Below, piece by piece: positions 11,924 through 24,980 of a DNA stretch of 64,000 bases (its first letter is position 1; every line of letters begins with the position of its first letter). Both the position numbers and the translations under genes were made by a program. Source of the DNA: Octopus sinensis (Eukaryota). The notes under the pieces were generated by a model. That model was not told the DNA's origin. It saw nothing but the letters and a program-made list of their open reading frames with translations, and did not search any database. The DNA is taken from the NCBI RefSeq assembly GCF_006345805.1, contig NC_043021.1, forward strand, positions 15,934,001 to 15,998,000, read 5' to 3'.

Positions 11924-12466
11924 CTAAAAACAAACTTACATCACCACCAATACTGCTAATGCCATTGTCACCACCACCACCACTACTAAACAACCAGCAA
12001 TAACAATAACAAACTGCTTCATTGTTTGCTCTGCCTGACCTTCTGAATAGTGGCTATTGACTGAAAAGTGTGGAAAAAGTCGAAGGTTTTGGCCTAAGCA
12101 CCCAATAACCAGAGTGATTATGAGGCCTTAACATCTATTATCTTGAGTTTGGATTGTAGGTATAGCAGTGACATTGTTAAGAGACCAATCTTAATTGGAG
12201 CATTGTGGTTAGAAGAGGAAGGAAGAGTAGGCTATAAACTTGATAGATGATAGATAGATAGAATGACACTAAGTAATTACATATAGGCAAGCTCATGGAC
12301 AAAAAAGCAGGCATACAGAATACAGCTTGATGGGTGGATAGTTAGATTGACAAACTGAGAAATAAACAGACAGACAGATGGATAAATACTCTTTTACTTG
12401 TTTCAGTCATTTGACTGCGGCCATGCTGGAGCACCGCCTTTAATCGAGCAACTTGACCCTGGGACT

Positions 12467-12675
12467 TATGGCAGGTGGGCATTGTTTCCCATTCAAACTG
12501 CTCCAGTCTTCGGAATGTGACCCTTGCTGTATGTGGCCGAGCATTATCTTGATGGAAGAACACCTTTCTTCTTGAAAGCAAAGATGGTCATTTTTCTTCT
12601 AACACTGACTTTAGCCACTCTAGCTATTCACAGTAGATCATTGTTATCATTTGGTTTTGGGCTTAAAAGTTCAAA
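12467..12675 (-). mobile_element. Mariner transposase fragment (duplicated with the adjacent SINE junction)
   Basis: Reads ...LLSRRKVFFHQDNARPHTARVT... and has the same SINE junction as 21685-21894. Confidence 0.85.
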
Positions 12676-14239
12676 CTCTCTCTCTTTTACTCTTTTACTT
12701 GTTTCAGTCATTTGACTGCGGCCATGCTGGAGCACCGCCTTTAATCGAGCAACTCGACCCCGGGACTTATTCTTTTGCAAGCCCAGTACTTATTCTATCG
12801 GTCTCTTTTGCCGAACCGCTAAGTAACGGGGACATAAATACACCAGCATCGGTTGTCAAGCAATGCTAGGGGGACAAACACACACACGCATATATATATA
12901 TATATATATATACATATATACGACGGGCTTCTTTCAGTTTCCGTCTACCGAATCCACTCACAAGGCTTTGGTCGGCCCGAGGCTATAGTAGAAGACACTT
13001 GCCCAAGGTGCCATGCAGTGGGACTGAACCATGTGGTTGGTAAACAAGCTACTTACCACACAGCCACTCCTGCGCCTATATGGATGAATAATTTTAGATG
13101 AATAATTTTAATTATAGAGTTAATAATAGCATGTAAGATGGTTTCATCTGAATAGAGGTAAAAGAGAAACCACCTCCAGAATTCTCAGATTATCGATTAT
13201 AATGACAGACAGACAGGTACAAAGATAGAGTAACTGAACTGATTGACAGGTAAACTGTCAGCCAAATAAATTGAACAATTGATTTAATAGCATGTGTGTG
13301 TGCATATATATAATATATATGCATACATATATATGGCGGTGCCCCAGCATGGCCACAGCTTGTGAGGTGAAACTAGATAAAAAATATATATATAATATAT
13401 GCATAGATATATATATATATATATTGGTAAAAACGGTAAGATAACAAAAGAAAGAAAGAGACCTCAATATTATGTAAATAGAGGAAATTTATCTGAGTTT
13501 TATCTTGACTATTGAATAATTGTCACATATTATTTTACAGATATATATATATATATATATACATGTGCTGGTGTGTTTACATCCCCGTAACATAGAGGTT
13601 CAGCAAAAGAAACTGATAGAATAAATACTAGGCTTACAAAGAATAAGACCTAGGGGCGATCTGTGCAACTAAAGACAGTGCTCCAGCATGGCCGCAGTCA
13701 AATGACTGAAATAAATTAAAAATAAAAGAATTCTGAGAATATATATTCTTTTATTCTTTTATTTGTTTCAGTCATTTGACTACAGCCATGCTGGAGCACT
13801 GCCTTTAGTCAAACAAATCAACCTCATGACTTACTCTTTGTAAGTCTAGTATTTATTCTATCAGTCTCTTTTGCTGAACCACTAAGTTATGGGGACATAA
13901 ACACACCAACATCAGTTATCAAGCAATGGTGGGGAGGACAAACACAAACACACAATCATATACATATATATATATATATATATATTTGTATTTATATTCG
14001 TGTAACATCGTCCGTTTTTCTGTCCTTGTTTCGTATACATTCAAAGTTTTTTTACCAAGGAATCTAATGCTCTTAGCTTAGTTTTTCTTGGGGGCTGGCC
14101 AGATTGGAGCAATCTCAAGATTAATCAGCTGAAATAGTGAGGATGATCGAGTTCTTGACTGAAGATTAAAGGCTTCGAATGACCCGTCCATGTTTTTTGT
14201 ATTGTCTATCTGGATGTTTTGCATTCTTATCCCATTTTG

Positions 14240-14280
<41 letters not shown>

Positions 14281-15207
14281 GGCTTCTTTCAGTTTCCATC
14301 AATCAAGTCCACTTGCAAGGCTTTGGTCTGCCCAAGGCTATAGTAGAAGACACTTGCTCAAGATACCATACAGTGGGACTGAACCCAGATCTATGTGGTT
14401 GGGCAGCAAGCTTCTTGCCACACAGCCACGTCTATAAGTATATATATTTTTCTATTATAGGCACAAGGCCTGAAATTTTGGGGGCGAATATAGTCAATTA
14501 CATTGATCCCAGTGCTCAACTGGTACTTATTTCATCAACCCCAAAGGGAAATAAAGGCTAAGTTGACCTCAGCAGTATTTGAACTCAGAATATAAAGCTT
14601 GGAGGAAATGCTGCTAATATATCAGATGTGCAGATTAACAGAACAATGAGATTAATAATTAGGTTTTATATATTATTACCATTGTCGTTAATTCCTTTTA
14701 CAGATCTCTGTGATATTCCAGATCAGTGTTTTATCTTCAGTTTCTATAGTTTCAGCAAATTAGGTGGGAGAAAAATGGAAAAAATCTTGATCTAGATCAA
14801 ATATGTATCCATCTCTCCATCTATCATTGCTAAATCTTTCTGCAGCCATAATTGAAATCAGAACTAGAAATCAATAGTAAATTGGCAGAATTATTAGAAC
14901 TTAGAACCAAATGCATTGTAGTGTATTTTTTTCTTTTATGCTCTGTGCTCTGAATTCAATCATCTCTGCTTTTTGTCCTCTTAGGGTTGATAAAATAATG
15001 TACAAGTTTGGGGAGGTAAATTTGCTGAATAGGTACAGGTGTGGCTGTGTGGTTAAACAGCAAGCTTTACAACCATGTGGTTTCAGTTTCAATCCCATCA
15101 CACAGCACATCAGGCAAGTGCCTTCTACTATAGCCTTGGGACATTCATTGTCTGTGAGTGGATTTGGTAAGTGGAGATTGTGTAGAAGCATGTTGTATAT
15201 GTATATA

Positions 15208-15690
15208 TACCGGGTGCAGTGGATAAATTGTCACCATTTTATATTTTCAATTTCATGCATGTGCATTGTTTTTGATTTTGTCCACTACATAGTATAGTAG
15301 GGTCAGTTGGGCACCATCTGTGAGAAAAACAGCACCGTGACGCAATTCACTCTGCCAGAAATTTGGAAACGACATGCTGTACTGCTTGGCATTTGCACTA
15401 GAAGCTCCAGTACAAACATTTCAGAGTGTTTGAGTGTCAGTCTGAAGACATGTACCAAGAGTGATAAAAATCAAACATCCTGTCACCATCATGGTGTTTG
15501 GAGTGATCACTAGTGATGGCAACGTGATGCCTCCATTCATCTTCCCACACAGCCTCATACTCAACACAGAGGCCTATATCAAGTACCTGGAGGAGGTAGT
15601 GCTGGCCTGGGTCAGGAAGATGGCTTCTGGAAGACCCTATGTCTGGCAACAGGACTCTGCACCACACAAACAGGAGAACCCACTCAACTG
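15208..15690 (+). mobile_element. Internally deleted Tc1/mariner-superfamily element (maT/Bmmar1-like catalytic region)
   Basis: Starts TA-CCGGGTG. Encodes HPVTIMVFGVITSDGNVMPPFIFP...YVWQQDSAPH, the second catalytic Asp motif. Confidence 0.7.
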
Positions 15691-15789
15691 TAAATGAGCA
15701 ACTTTGCAACAGACTGGCATCTTGTTCAGGGGTGGATGTTGTGATCTCAGTCACTTATGCACCATGGAAAAAGGGTAACTGGCCCTGTG

Positions 15790-17130
15790 AGGGCTTAAGG
15801 CAGTACTTTCTTTTCTACAAAGGAAGTCCTTTGAAGTATTTGTTCTGCACTGGGTTACAGACACTTCCTTATGAGTCCTTGGGCTTGAGGCAGTACTTTC
15901 TTTTCTACAAACGAAGTCCTTTGAAGTATTTGTTCTGCACTGGGTTACAGGCACTTCCTTATGAGTCCTAGGGCTCGAGGCAGTACTTTCTTTTCTACAA
16001 ACGAAGTCCTTTGAAGCATTTGTTCTGCACTGGGTTACAGACACTTCCTTATGAGTCCTAGGACTCGAGGCAGTACTTTCTTTTCTACAAACGAAATCCT
16101 TTGAAGTATTTGTTCTGCACTGGGTTACAGACACTTCCTTATGAGTCCTAGGACTTGAGGCAGTACTTCTTTTCTACAAAGGAAGTCCTTTGAAGTATTT
16201 GTTCTGCACTGGGTTACAGACACTTCCTTATGAGTCCTTGGGCTTGAGGCAGTACTTTCTTTTCTACAAACGAAGTCCTTTGAAGTATTTGTTCTGCACT
16301 GGGTTACAGGCACTTCCTTATGAGTCCTAGGGCTCGAGGCAGTACTTTCTTTTCTACAAACGAAGTCCTTTGAAGTATTTGTTCTGCACTGGGTTACAGG
16401 CACTTCCTTATGAGTCCTAGGGCTCGAGGCAGTACTTTCTTTTCTACAAACGAAGTCCTTTGAAGCATTTGTTCTGCACTGGGTTACAGACACTTCCTTA
16501 TGAGTCCTAGGACTCGAGGCAGTACTTTCTTTTCTACAAACGAAATCCTTTGAAGTATTTGTTCTGCACTGGGTTACAGACACTTCCTTATGAGTCCTAG
16601 GACTTGAGGCAGTACTTTCTTTTCTACAACGAAGTCCTTTGAAGTATTTGTTCTGCACTGGGTTACAGGCACTTCCTTATGAGTCCTAGGGCTCGAGGCA
16701 GTACTTTCTTTTCTACAAACGAAGTCCTTTGAAGTATTTGTTCTGCACTGGGTTACAGGCACTTCCTTATGAGTCCTAGGGCTCGAGGCAGTACTTCTTT
16801 TCTACAAACGAAGTCCTTTGAAGCATTTGTTCTGCACTGGGTTACAGACACTTCCTTATGAGTCCTAGGACTCGAGGCAGTACTTTCTTTTCTACAAACG
16901 AAATCCTTTGAAGTATTTGTTCTGCACTGGGTTACAGACACTTCCTTATGAGTCCTAGGACTTGAGGCAGTACTTTCTTTTCTACAAACGAAGTCCTTTG
17001 AAGTATTTGTTCTGCACTGGATTACAGACACTTCCTTATGAGTCCTTGGGCTTGAGGCAGTACTTTCTTTTCTACAAACGAAGTCCTTTGAAATATTTGT
17101 TCTGCACTGGGCTATGGACACTTCCTTATG
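15790..17130. repeat. 90-bp minisatellite, 15 copies
   Basis: The cagtac anchor recurs at 15801, 15891, 15981, 16071, 16161, 16250 ... 17058. Units are near-identical with no unique spacers. Confidence 0.95.
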
Positions 17131-17454
17131 ATTCTCTCCATCAGAAATGTAGTGAAATAATGATTGGCCCACTGGAAACCTGTAACCCATGATATAATAA
17201 TCCATGATTTGTGATATAAAAGAAAAAGCAATAAGCTGAGGACAGCTGTACTAAGAAGATGAAACAGGTATAATCAGTTCTGATAAGGTCTAATCTAATC
17301 TCATCTGGTTGGCCAGAATTTATTTAAATTTTAAAACATATCAACATTATAACAATACTGAGCTAAATTGAATCTTGAAGAGAGCTCTGATGAGGTCTCT
17401 CAATACTGTACTTATAAAAAGAGGAAGGATAAACTGGATGATGTAGTCCTATAC

Positions 17455-18448
17455 ACAATACCACTACCACCATCACCACTACCACCATCACCACTACCAC
17501 CATCACTACTACCACCATCACCACTACCACCATCACCACTACCACCATCACCACTACCACCATCACCACTACCACCATCACCACTACCACCATCACCACT
17601 ACCACCATCACTACTACCACCATCACCACTACCACCATCACCACTACCACCATCATCACTACCACCATCACCACTACCATCATCACCACTACCACCATCA
17701 CCACTACCACCATCACCACTACCACCATCACTACTACCACCATCACCACTACCACCATCACCACCACCACCATCACCACTACCACCACCATCACCACCAC
17801 CACCATCACCACCACCACCATCACCACCACCACCATCACCACCACCACCATCACCACCACCACCACCACCACCACCACCACCACCACCACCACCACCACC
17901 ACCACCACCACCACCACCACCACCACCACCACCACCACCACCACCACCACCACCACCACCACCACCACCACCACCACCACCACCACCACCACCACCACCA
18001 CCACCACCACCACCACCACCACCACCACCACCACCACCACCACCACCACCACCACCACCACCACCACCACCACCACCACCACCACCACCACCACCACCAC
18101 CACCACCACCACCACCACCACCACCACCACCACCACCACCACCACCACCACCACCACCACCACCACCACCACCACCACCACCACCACCACCACCACCACC
18201 ACCACCACCACCACCACCACCACCACCACCACCACCACCACCACCACCACCACCACCACCACCACCACCACCACCACCACCACCACCACCACCACCACCA
18301 CCACCACCACCACCACCACCACCACCACCACCACCACCACCACTCACTACTACCACCATCACCACTACCACCATCACCACTACCACCATCACCACTACCA
18401 CCATCATCATCATTACTACAACTATCATCATCGTCATCATCATCATCA
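17455..18448. repeat. Compound CCA/CAT/CTA simple repeat, including a 15-bp unit array and a pure (CCA)n tract
   Basis: About 20 units of ccactaccaccatca at 17461-17760 and uninterrupted (CAC)n at 17852-18343. Confidence 0.97.
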
Positions 18449-18449
18449 T

Positions 18450-18787
18450 AAGGCTCCTTATGCGAGCTCAAAAATCTCTCATGGAAGTGTCATCCAACCA
18501 AAGTACAAATATATGGGAAACTACCACCTGCATCATCTCTTGTGAAAGGTAGGAGGGTCCAGTTTGCTGGACATTGTTGTGGAGCTGAAAACGAGGTAAT
18601 TTCTACTCTTCTCTTCTGGAAGCCATCTGCTCGCGATACCAGAGGGCGCACACTCTCCTACCCTCATGTAATCTCCAGGGATACAGGCATCCAGCAACAG
18701 GACCTCCGTAATGCTATGATGGACCATGAAGTCTGGCGTAACATAGTAAATTCCATTGTCTCGACCACGGTCGAACAATCATGATGA
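18450..18787 (+). mobile_element. RTE LINE 3'-end fragment
   Basis: Reads ...RRVQFAGHCCGAENEVISTLLFWKP...RGRTLSYPHVISRDTG...AMMDHEVWR, the RTE ORF2 C-terminus. Confidence 0.75.
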
Positions 18788-18911
18788 GTACTTATTCTAT
18801 CGGTCTCTTTTGCTGAACCACTAAGTTACGGGGATGTAAACACACCAGCATCGGTTGTCAAGCGATGTTGGGGACACACACACACACACACAAACATATA
18901 CACACACATGC

Positions 18912-18942
<31 letters not shown>

Positions 18943-20688
18943 ATATATATACGATGGGCTTCTTTCAGTTTCCGTCTACCAAATCCACTCACAAGGCTTG
19001 GTCGGCCCGAGGCTATACTAGAAGACACTTGCCCAAGGTGCCACGCAGTGGGACTGAACCCAGAACCATGTGGTTGGTAATCAAGCTACTTACCACACAG
19101 CCACTCACTCCTGCGCCTATAAAGTTTTCACCTACCCTAGATTTTACTAGATGTGACTGTATGGTTAAGATGCTTGCTTAGTTCCAGTGCATGGCACTTT
19201 GGCCAAGTGTCTTCTACAAAAGCTTGCAAGTGAAGTTGATAGATGAAATGGAAAGAAGCCAATTATGCACGTGTGTGCGCACGAACATGTGTGTGTGTAT
19301 GCTTGTGTCTCCTTGTCTTCACATCACATGACTGTTGCAAATGAGTGCCAAACAATCTATTCAATTTCAATATTTCGCAGAAACCTTGCTTGGAAACAGA
19401 CGAGGGTTGGTGACGGGAACAGCATCCAGCTGTAGAAAATCTGCCTCAATAAACCTCCATAAGCTCTTTATAGTTCATGCAAGTATGGAAAAGTGAATAT
19501 TAGAACGGAGATGATAAGCATGACTGCATTTAAAAAATTTTTCATAAGGATTAGATTAAAAGAAGGACATTATGTTATCAGCAGGCAGCTACATAATTGA
19601 AGATACATAACTGATAATAAGCCAAGCGTTAAATTTATCTCTGTTTAATTAATATGAATGGCTTTGGGCAGTGATGGGAGAGTATGAGGAGAGGGCATAA
19701 ATTAACATTTGGCGAAAAAGGAAGCTGGGCTTCAAGAGGTGAAAACCCCTGCACTGTGTAGTTACAACACTTCTAGAAATAGCAGCCAAATCATCCTCAA
19801 AACCCATCTTACTATCTTTAAAAAAATGAAAGGACAGGTGGACACATTATATAATGTAGGCTTTGTTATAATATATGTTGAATGGCACCAAAAATAAAAG
19901 AAGGGATGGTCATAGCTGGAACATCTTTGATCATGAGTCTGCTCTTACAGGACCACCCTGAAGCTAAACAATAACATAAATACTACATACTACAATGACA
20001 CAGGATGAACAATCCTGAAAGCCAGATGGGATGGTCCTGGCTGGATTGACTTTGATCAGAGCTGACCTGAGACTAAGCAACAACACATAACATCTAAAAC
20101 AATAGCAAGAGCGTAAACATGATTAATGATTACACAATCACATGCAAAATTGATTAAGGATTTTAATTAATTATGTATGCATCCAATCAGGGTTGTCAGC
20201 TTATTATATCCTCATTATGTAACATCATTTATAAAGCTTTCACAAAGTTCTGATACAAAAACAATAACAAAATGTCATTGTTGGTGACCCAGTTAGTGAC
20301 CTTTTATCAGTTTCTGTGGAGTATTAACACTTTCATGTTGAATATCACAGCAAGGTAGAAAGTCTCAGGTAAACTTAGGTAAGATGGATTTGGTCCCTAA
20401 ACAGGGCCACTTCATTTTTGTCATTTATAACTTTTCAGAAAAGCATGAATGCCACCTTCCTTCCCATCCACACACTAAAGTATCTGTTGTAATTTTTGCT
20501 TATAAAAGAAAATTTAAAATATAAAAGTGCTCAGGAATCGCTGTATAGTTAAGAAGCCTGCTTTGCAAACCATGGTTCCAGGTTCAATCTTGCTACATGG
20601 TACATTATGACAGAATCTTATATTATAGCCTTGAGTTGACTAATGCCCTTGTGAGTAAAATTTTGAAGACAGAAACTGCATGGAAGCC

Positions 20689-20731
<43 letters not shown>

Positions 20732-20894
20732 TTTATATATATATATACACACACATTGCATATATATATTCATATATGTATATATATGTGTGTGTATATA
20801 TATATCATCATCATCATTTAAAGTCTGCTTTCCATGCTGGCATGGGTTGGACGATTTGACTGAGGACTAGCGATATATATATTATATATATATA

Positions 20895-20935
<41 letters not shown>

Positions 20936-21022
20936 TAAATTTTAGGGTAGCAAAAAATTCTAGAAAAATTCTCCGCTACCAGCGGTCAAGTGAGAAAGAG
21001 AAAATAGTCAATAGACTATATA

Positions 21023-21172
21023 ATATACATTCAAACATATAAGGGATGGCCATAATAGGACATCCGACTCACTAGAAAGAGCAGCCAAACTCCAAACCAC
21101 TAATAGTTGTAATTCTGGCTGCTCTTTCTAGTGAGTCGGATGTCCTATTATGGCTATCCCTTATATGTTTGA

Positions 21173-21180
<8 letters not shown>
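21023..21180. mobile_element. Foldback element, 65-bp arms with 1 mismatch and a 28-nt loop
   Basis: 21023-21087 is the reverse complement of 21116-21180. Flanked by TA repeats. Confidence 0.8.
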
Positions 21181-21205
<25 letters not shown>

Positions 21206-21393
21206 TGAGAGACAGATATTCTCCATATCGAGTACACTTCATAGTGCTCAAGAGGTTTAAACTTGAGCAGATAGAAACAGCTGTTGGACTTGTAAATCTT
21301 TTATTCCACCTCATTAACTCCTGATATCATTTCTATTCTGTATAAGTTGAACCATTTTATATGTAAACATATGTACATTTTTCGTATTAAATG

Positions 21394-22901
21394 TATTGGG
21401 TCATCCCATAAATAATGCAGTTTTTTTATACTTCTTTTATTTTTCAAAATTAAGATAAACAAATTATTTTTTAATCTAAAATATACTCTCCTTCATTTTC
21501 TACAATGCTCTTCCATCTGTCTGACAGACTCGCAAGGCCCCTCTTCCAAAATTCACTTGTCTGTGATGAAAAATACTCTTCCAGTACTGTTCTGACCTCA
21601 TCTACAATATTCATTGTTTTTCTATCCAAATGATTTTGAAGACTGTGGAATAAATGATAATCTGATGGGGCAATGTTCAGCAAATATGGCAGGTGGGCAT
21701 TGTTTCCCATTCAAATTGCTCCAGCCTTCAGAATGTGATCCTTGCTGTATGTGGCTGAGCATTATCCTGATGGAAGAACACCTTTCATCTTGAAACCAAA
21801 GACAGTCGTTTTTCTTCTAACACTGACTTTAGCCACTCTAAGCTATTCACAGTAGATCATTGTTATCATTTGGTTTTGGGCTTAAAAGTTCAAACTCTCT
21901 CTCTTTTACTCTTTTACTTGTTTCAGTCATTTGACTGCAGCCATGCTGGAGTACTGCCTTTAATCGAGCAACTCGACCCCGGGACTTATTCTTTTTGTAA
22001 GCCCAGTACTTATTCTATCGGCCTCTTTTGCCGAACCGCTAAGTAACAGAGACATAAACATACCAGCATTGGTTGTCAAGCAATGCTAGGGGGACAAACA
22101 CATACACACAAACACACACACGCATATATATATATATATATACATATATACGACGGGCTTCCTTCAGTTTTCGTCTACCAAATCCACTCACAAGGCTTTG
22201 GTCGGCCCGAGGCTATAGTAGAAGACACTTGCCCAAGATGCCACGCAGTGGGACTGAACCCGGAACCATGTGGTTGGTAAACAAGCTACTTACCACCAAC
22301 ACCTTATGTGAGTGAAGACCTTCTTTAGCCTGGGGTGCCGGTGTGTCTCCTTTTCCTACCCACTGTCTTAGCACTTGACATTTCTAGAGAGAATTCATTT
22401 TTCATCACCAGTCACTATTCAATCCAAAAATAGTTCATTCATGAGATGTGACAGTAAAGAAGAACACACATTCACTCTCTGTGCATGATTAGACTCAGAA
22501 AGTTTGTGAGGAACCCAGTGACCCAGTTTGCTGACTTTTCCAGTGTCGATGAATGGTTGAATGACCAAATCCAAGCTTCTCTGCTAGTTCCTCTATGGTT
22601 ATGATGGGATTTTGTTCCACCAGGGTTTGCAGGATGTCCTCGTTAAGCTCTACAGATCTTCCAGGATGAGGCTCGTCTTCTAGGCTGTAATTTCTGACTC
22701 AGAATTTCTGGAACCACCGTTGACACTTGCTTACACTTATTGTCCGATCCCCATATACTGCATTAATATTCCTAGCACTTTCTGTTGCAGTGTTGCCTTT
22801 ACTGAACTCTTCCAACTGTGGAAAATCTGCATCAATGAACTCCATCAAACCCAAGCTTGCTTAGCAAAGCGGATGTCAAAATGAAGATGACTGACCCAGT
22901 A
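21394..22901 (-). mobile_element. Near full-length decayed mariner interrupted by a SINE (21895-22296)
   Basis: The minus strand gives the N-terminal HTH (...SKCQRWFQKF...LEDEPHPGRSVEL), WVPHKL, IVTGDEK, then HQDNA and APSDYHLFHSL...EGEYILD*. TA-TTGGGTCA terminus at 21394 and a truncated match at 22893-22901. Confidence 0.85.
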
Positions 22902-23841
22902 TCTGATCCAAGAATAACTTCTTCCCTTCATTCACCAGTCTTGTGGACCCTGAAATAGGTCATAGGTACAGCCCTTCTCTCTGTAACTGAACCATGAATG
23001 AAAACAAACAATTGTTTTTGACTTTTTCACTTGACTTGAGACAGCATTCACCCAGGGTGGGTTGAGCTGGCTTCATTCATCCTCAATGCTGCATCTCTCA
23101 CAAATGTCAACCAAACCTGGCGATTTGAAGCTAACAGCCCTGTGATCTCCAACCACTCCCTTATTCCAGCGGTGAACGCTGTAGATATGGGGGCCTAGGT
23201 TGGGTTCCAGATCAGCCTTGACTGTCATCAGCCAGGTTTTTCATTGTCCACCACATCGCTTTCGCCAACCCTGTAGGGGAGCTGGGGCAATTGCTTCATA
23301 GATGAATTCTCCTGGCTGACAACAATTGTTTTCAGTTCAGTTTACTTAGATAACAACAGACCATTGCCTCTCTTTTAATTGTTGAATGGTTTAATACTGG
23401 GAAAAAACAGCTGCAGAATATTTGTCCCAAAACATGCCAGCGATTCAAATTTATCAAAATATCTCAACTGTGCTTGAATAGGGATGATTAAAAAAAGAAA
23501 CAAACATGCAAGAAAAAAAAGATGGGAAACTGTTGAAAAATCCCTAACAAAAATGGCTGTGTGGTAAGAAGCTTGCTTCCCAACCATTTGGTTCTGGGTT
23601 CAGTCTCACTGTATGGCACCTTGGGCAAATGTCTTCTACTATAGCCTCAGACTGACCAAAGCCTTGTCAATGGATTTGGTAGATGGAAACTGAAAGAAGC
23701 CCATCATATATTTGTGTATGTGAGTGAGTGTGCATCCATGAGTGTATGTGTGCATGTGTGTTTGTGTGCATGTGTGTGTGCAAGTGTTTATGTATGTGTT
23801 TTTGCGTATGCGTGTGTGTTTGTGAATGCATGTGTGTGTGT

Positions 23842-23884
<43 letters not shown>

Positions 23885-24799
23885 TGTGTGTGTTGTGTGT
23901 GTGTGAGTTTCCTGTCACTTAGTGTTTCAGCAGAAAAAAAAAACCCAATAGAATAAGCAACAGGCTTTAAAAAAAGTCCTCGAGTTGATTCATTTGACTA
24001 AAAATTCTTCAAGGTGGTGCCCCAGCATGGCCACAGTCTAATGATTGAAACAAGTAAAAGGTGAAAATGACCATTCCATAGAAAATTGTTGACCTTTGCA
24101 AGGGGATGAAGAAGTTATTGGCATGACTTTCTAAGAGTCCAACATGGAGGCTGTTCATAAGAATATGCATGTCTAGATTAAAGTAAAAAATGGAAAAGCA
24201 AAATGTTTGATATCACTTGGAAAGGATATTTAATTGGGATAGAGAATGTAAACACACACAGTCTCTTAGAAATGTTTCTAGGACAGCCAAGCATGTGGAT
24301 CATCATATTGAGGAAGGATTCTATAAGTTGAGTATTCCATCATCAGAGAGGGAAATGTCAGAGAGATGTAAAAAAGAGGGAAGATCATCAGTTGAGGATG
24401 TTAGTGTATTCCAGTTTGTTAAAAAAGGGGGGGAAAGGATTTTCATATATATATGTATTTCTTTACTACCCACAAGGGGCTAAACACAGAGGGGACAAAC
24501 GGGGACAGACAAATGGATTAAGTCGATTATATCGACCCCAGTACGTAACTGGTACTTAATTTATCGACCCCGAAAGGATGAAAGGCAAAGTCGAACTCGG
24601 CGGAATTTGAACTCAGAATGTAACGGCAGACGAAATACGGCTACGCATTTCGCCTGGTGTGCTAATGTTTCTACCAGCTTACCGCCTATTTTCATATATA
24701 TATATGTATATGTGTGTGCACGTGTGCATGCACGCACACACACACATACACATATAGACATATCATGGCACTGTTGTTTATGACGATGAGGGTTCTAAT

Positions 24800-24980
24800 T
24801 GATGTGTTAAAACACTTTTCTTATCAGGAATAATTTTAGATATCATTGTCCGTCTTAAACTTTACACACATGCTATCACAACCATCATTTCTCCTTTTTC
24901 ATAGCATCTTCCACAGAAAGAGCAAGGCACTTAGGACCACCGGGACTAGATTTAGCAGTAGGACCTTTGTTGGGGGACAT
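24800..24980 (-). mobile_element. Tigger/pogo-like transposase N-terminal remnant
   Basis: Reads MSPNKGPTAKSSPGGPK...LSVE...(frameshift)...SLRRTMISKIIPDKKSVL, resembling the CENP-B-type N-terminal HTH. Confidence 0.45.

Noticed and set aside
14761-14790. Possible BCL7 exon (WEK...W), expected from human synteny
   Set aside because: gagaaaaatgg is one base short of WEKKW and the following residues do not match. No BCL7 N-terminal exon was seen in the window.
15790-17130. CRISPR-like regular array
   Set aside because: Units are fully repeated with no unique spacers, there are no cas genes, and the context is eukaryotic.
15790-17150. Kinase-subdomain-XI-like reading LIRKCL*PSAEQILQ of the 90-bp unit
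   Set aside because: There is a stop in every unit, the invariant Arg (DPxxR) is absent, and no upstream kinase motifs are present.
17363-18552. Long poly-Pro/Gly/Val/Trp ORFs (206-394 aa)
   Set aside because: Translations of the (CCA)n microsatellite. Several frames on both strands are open, as expected for a stop-free triplet repeat.
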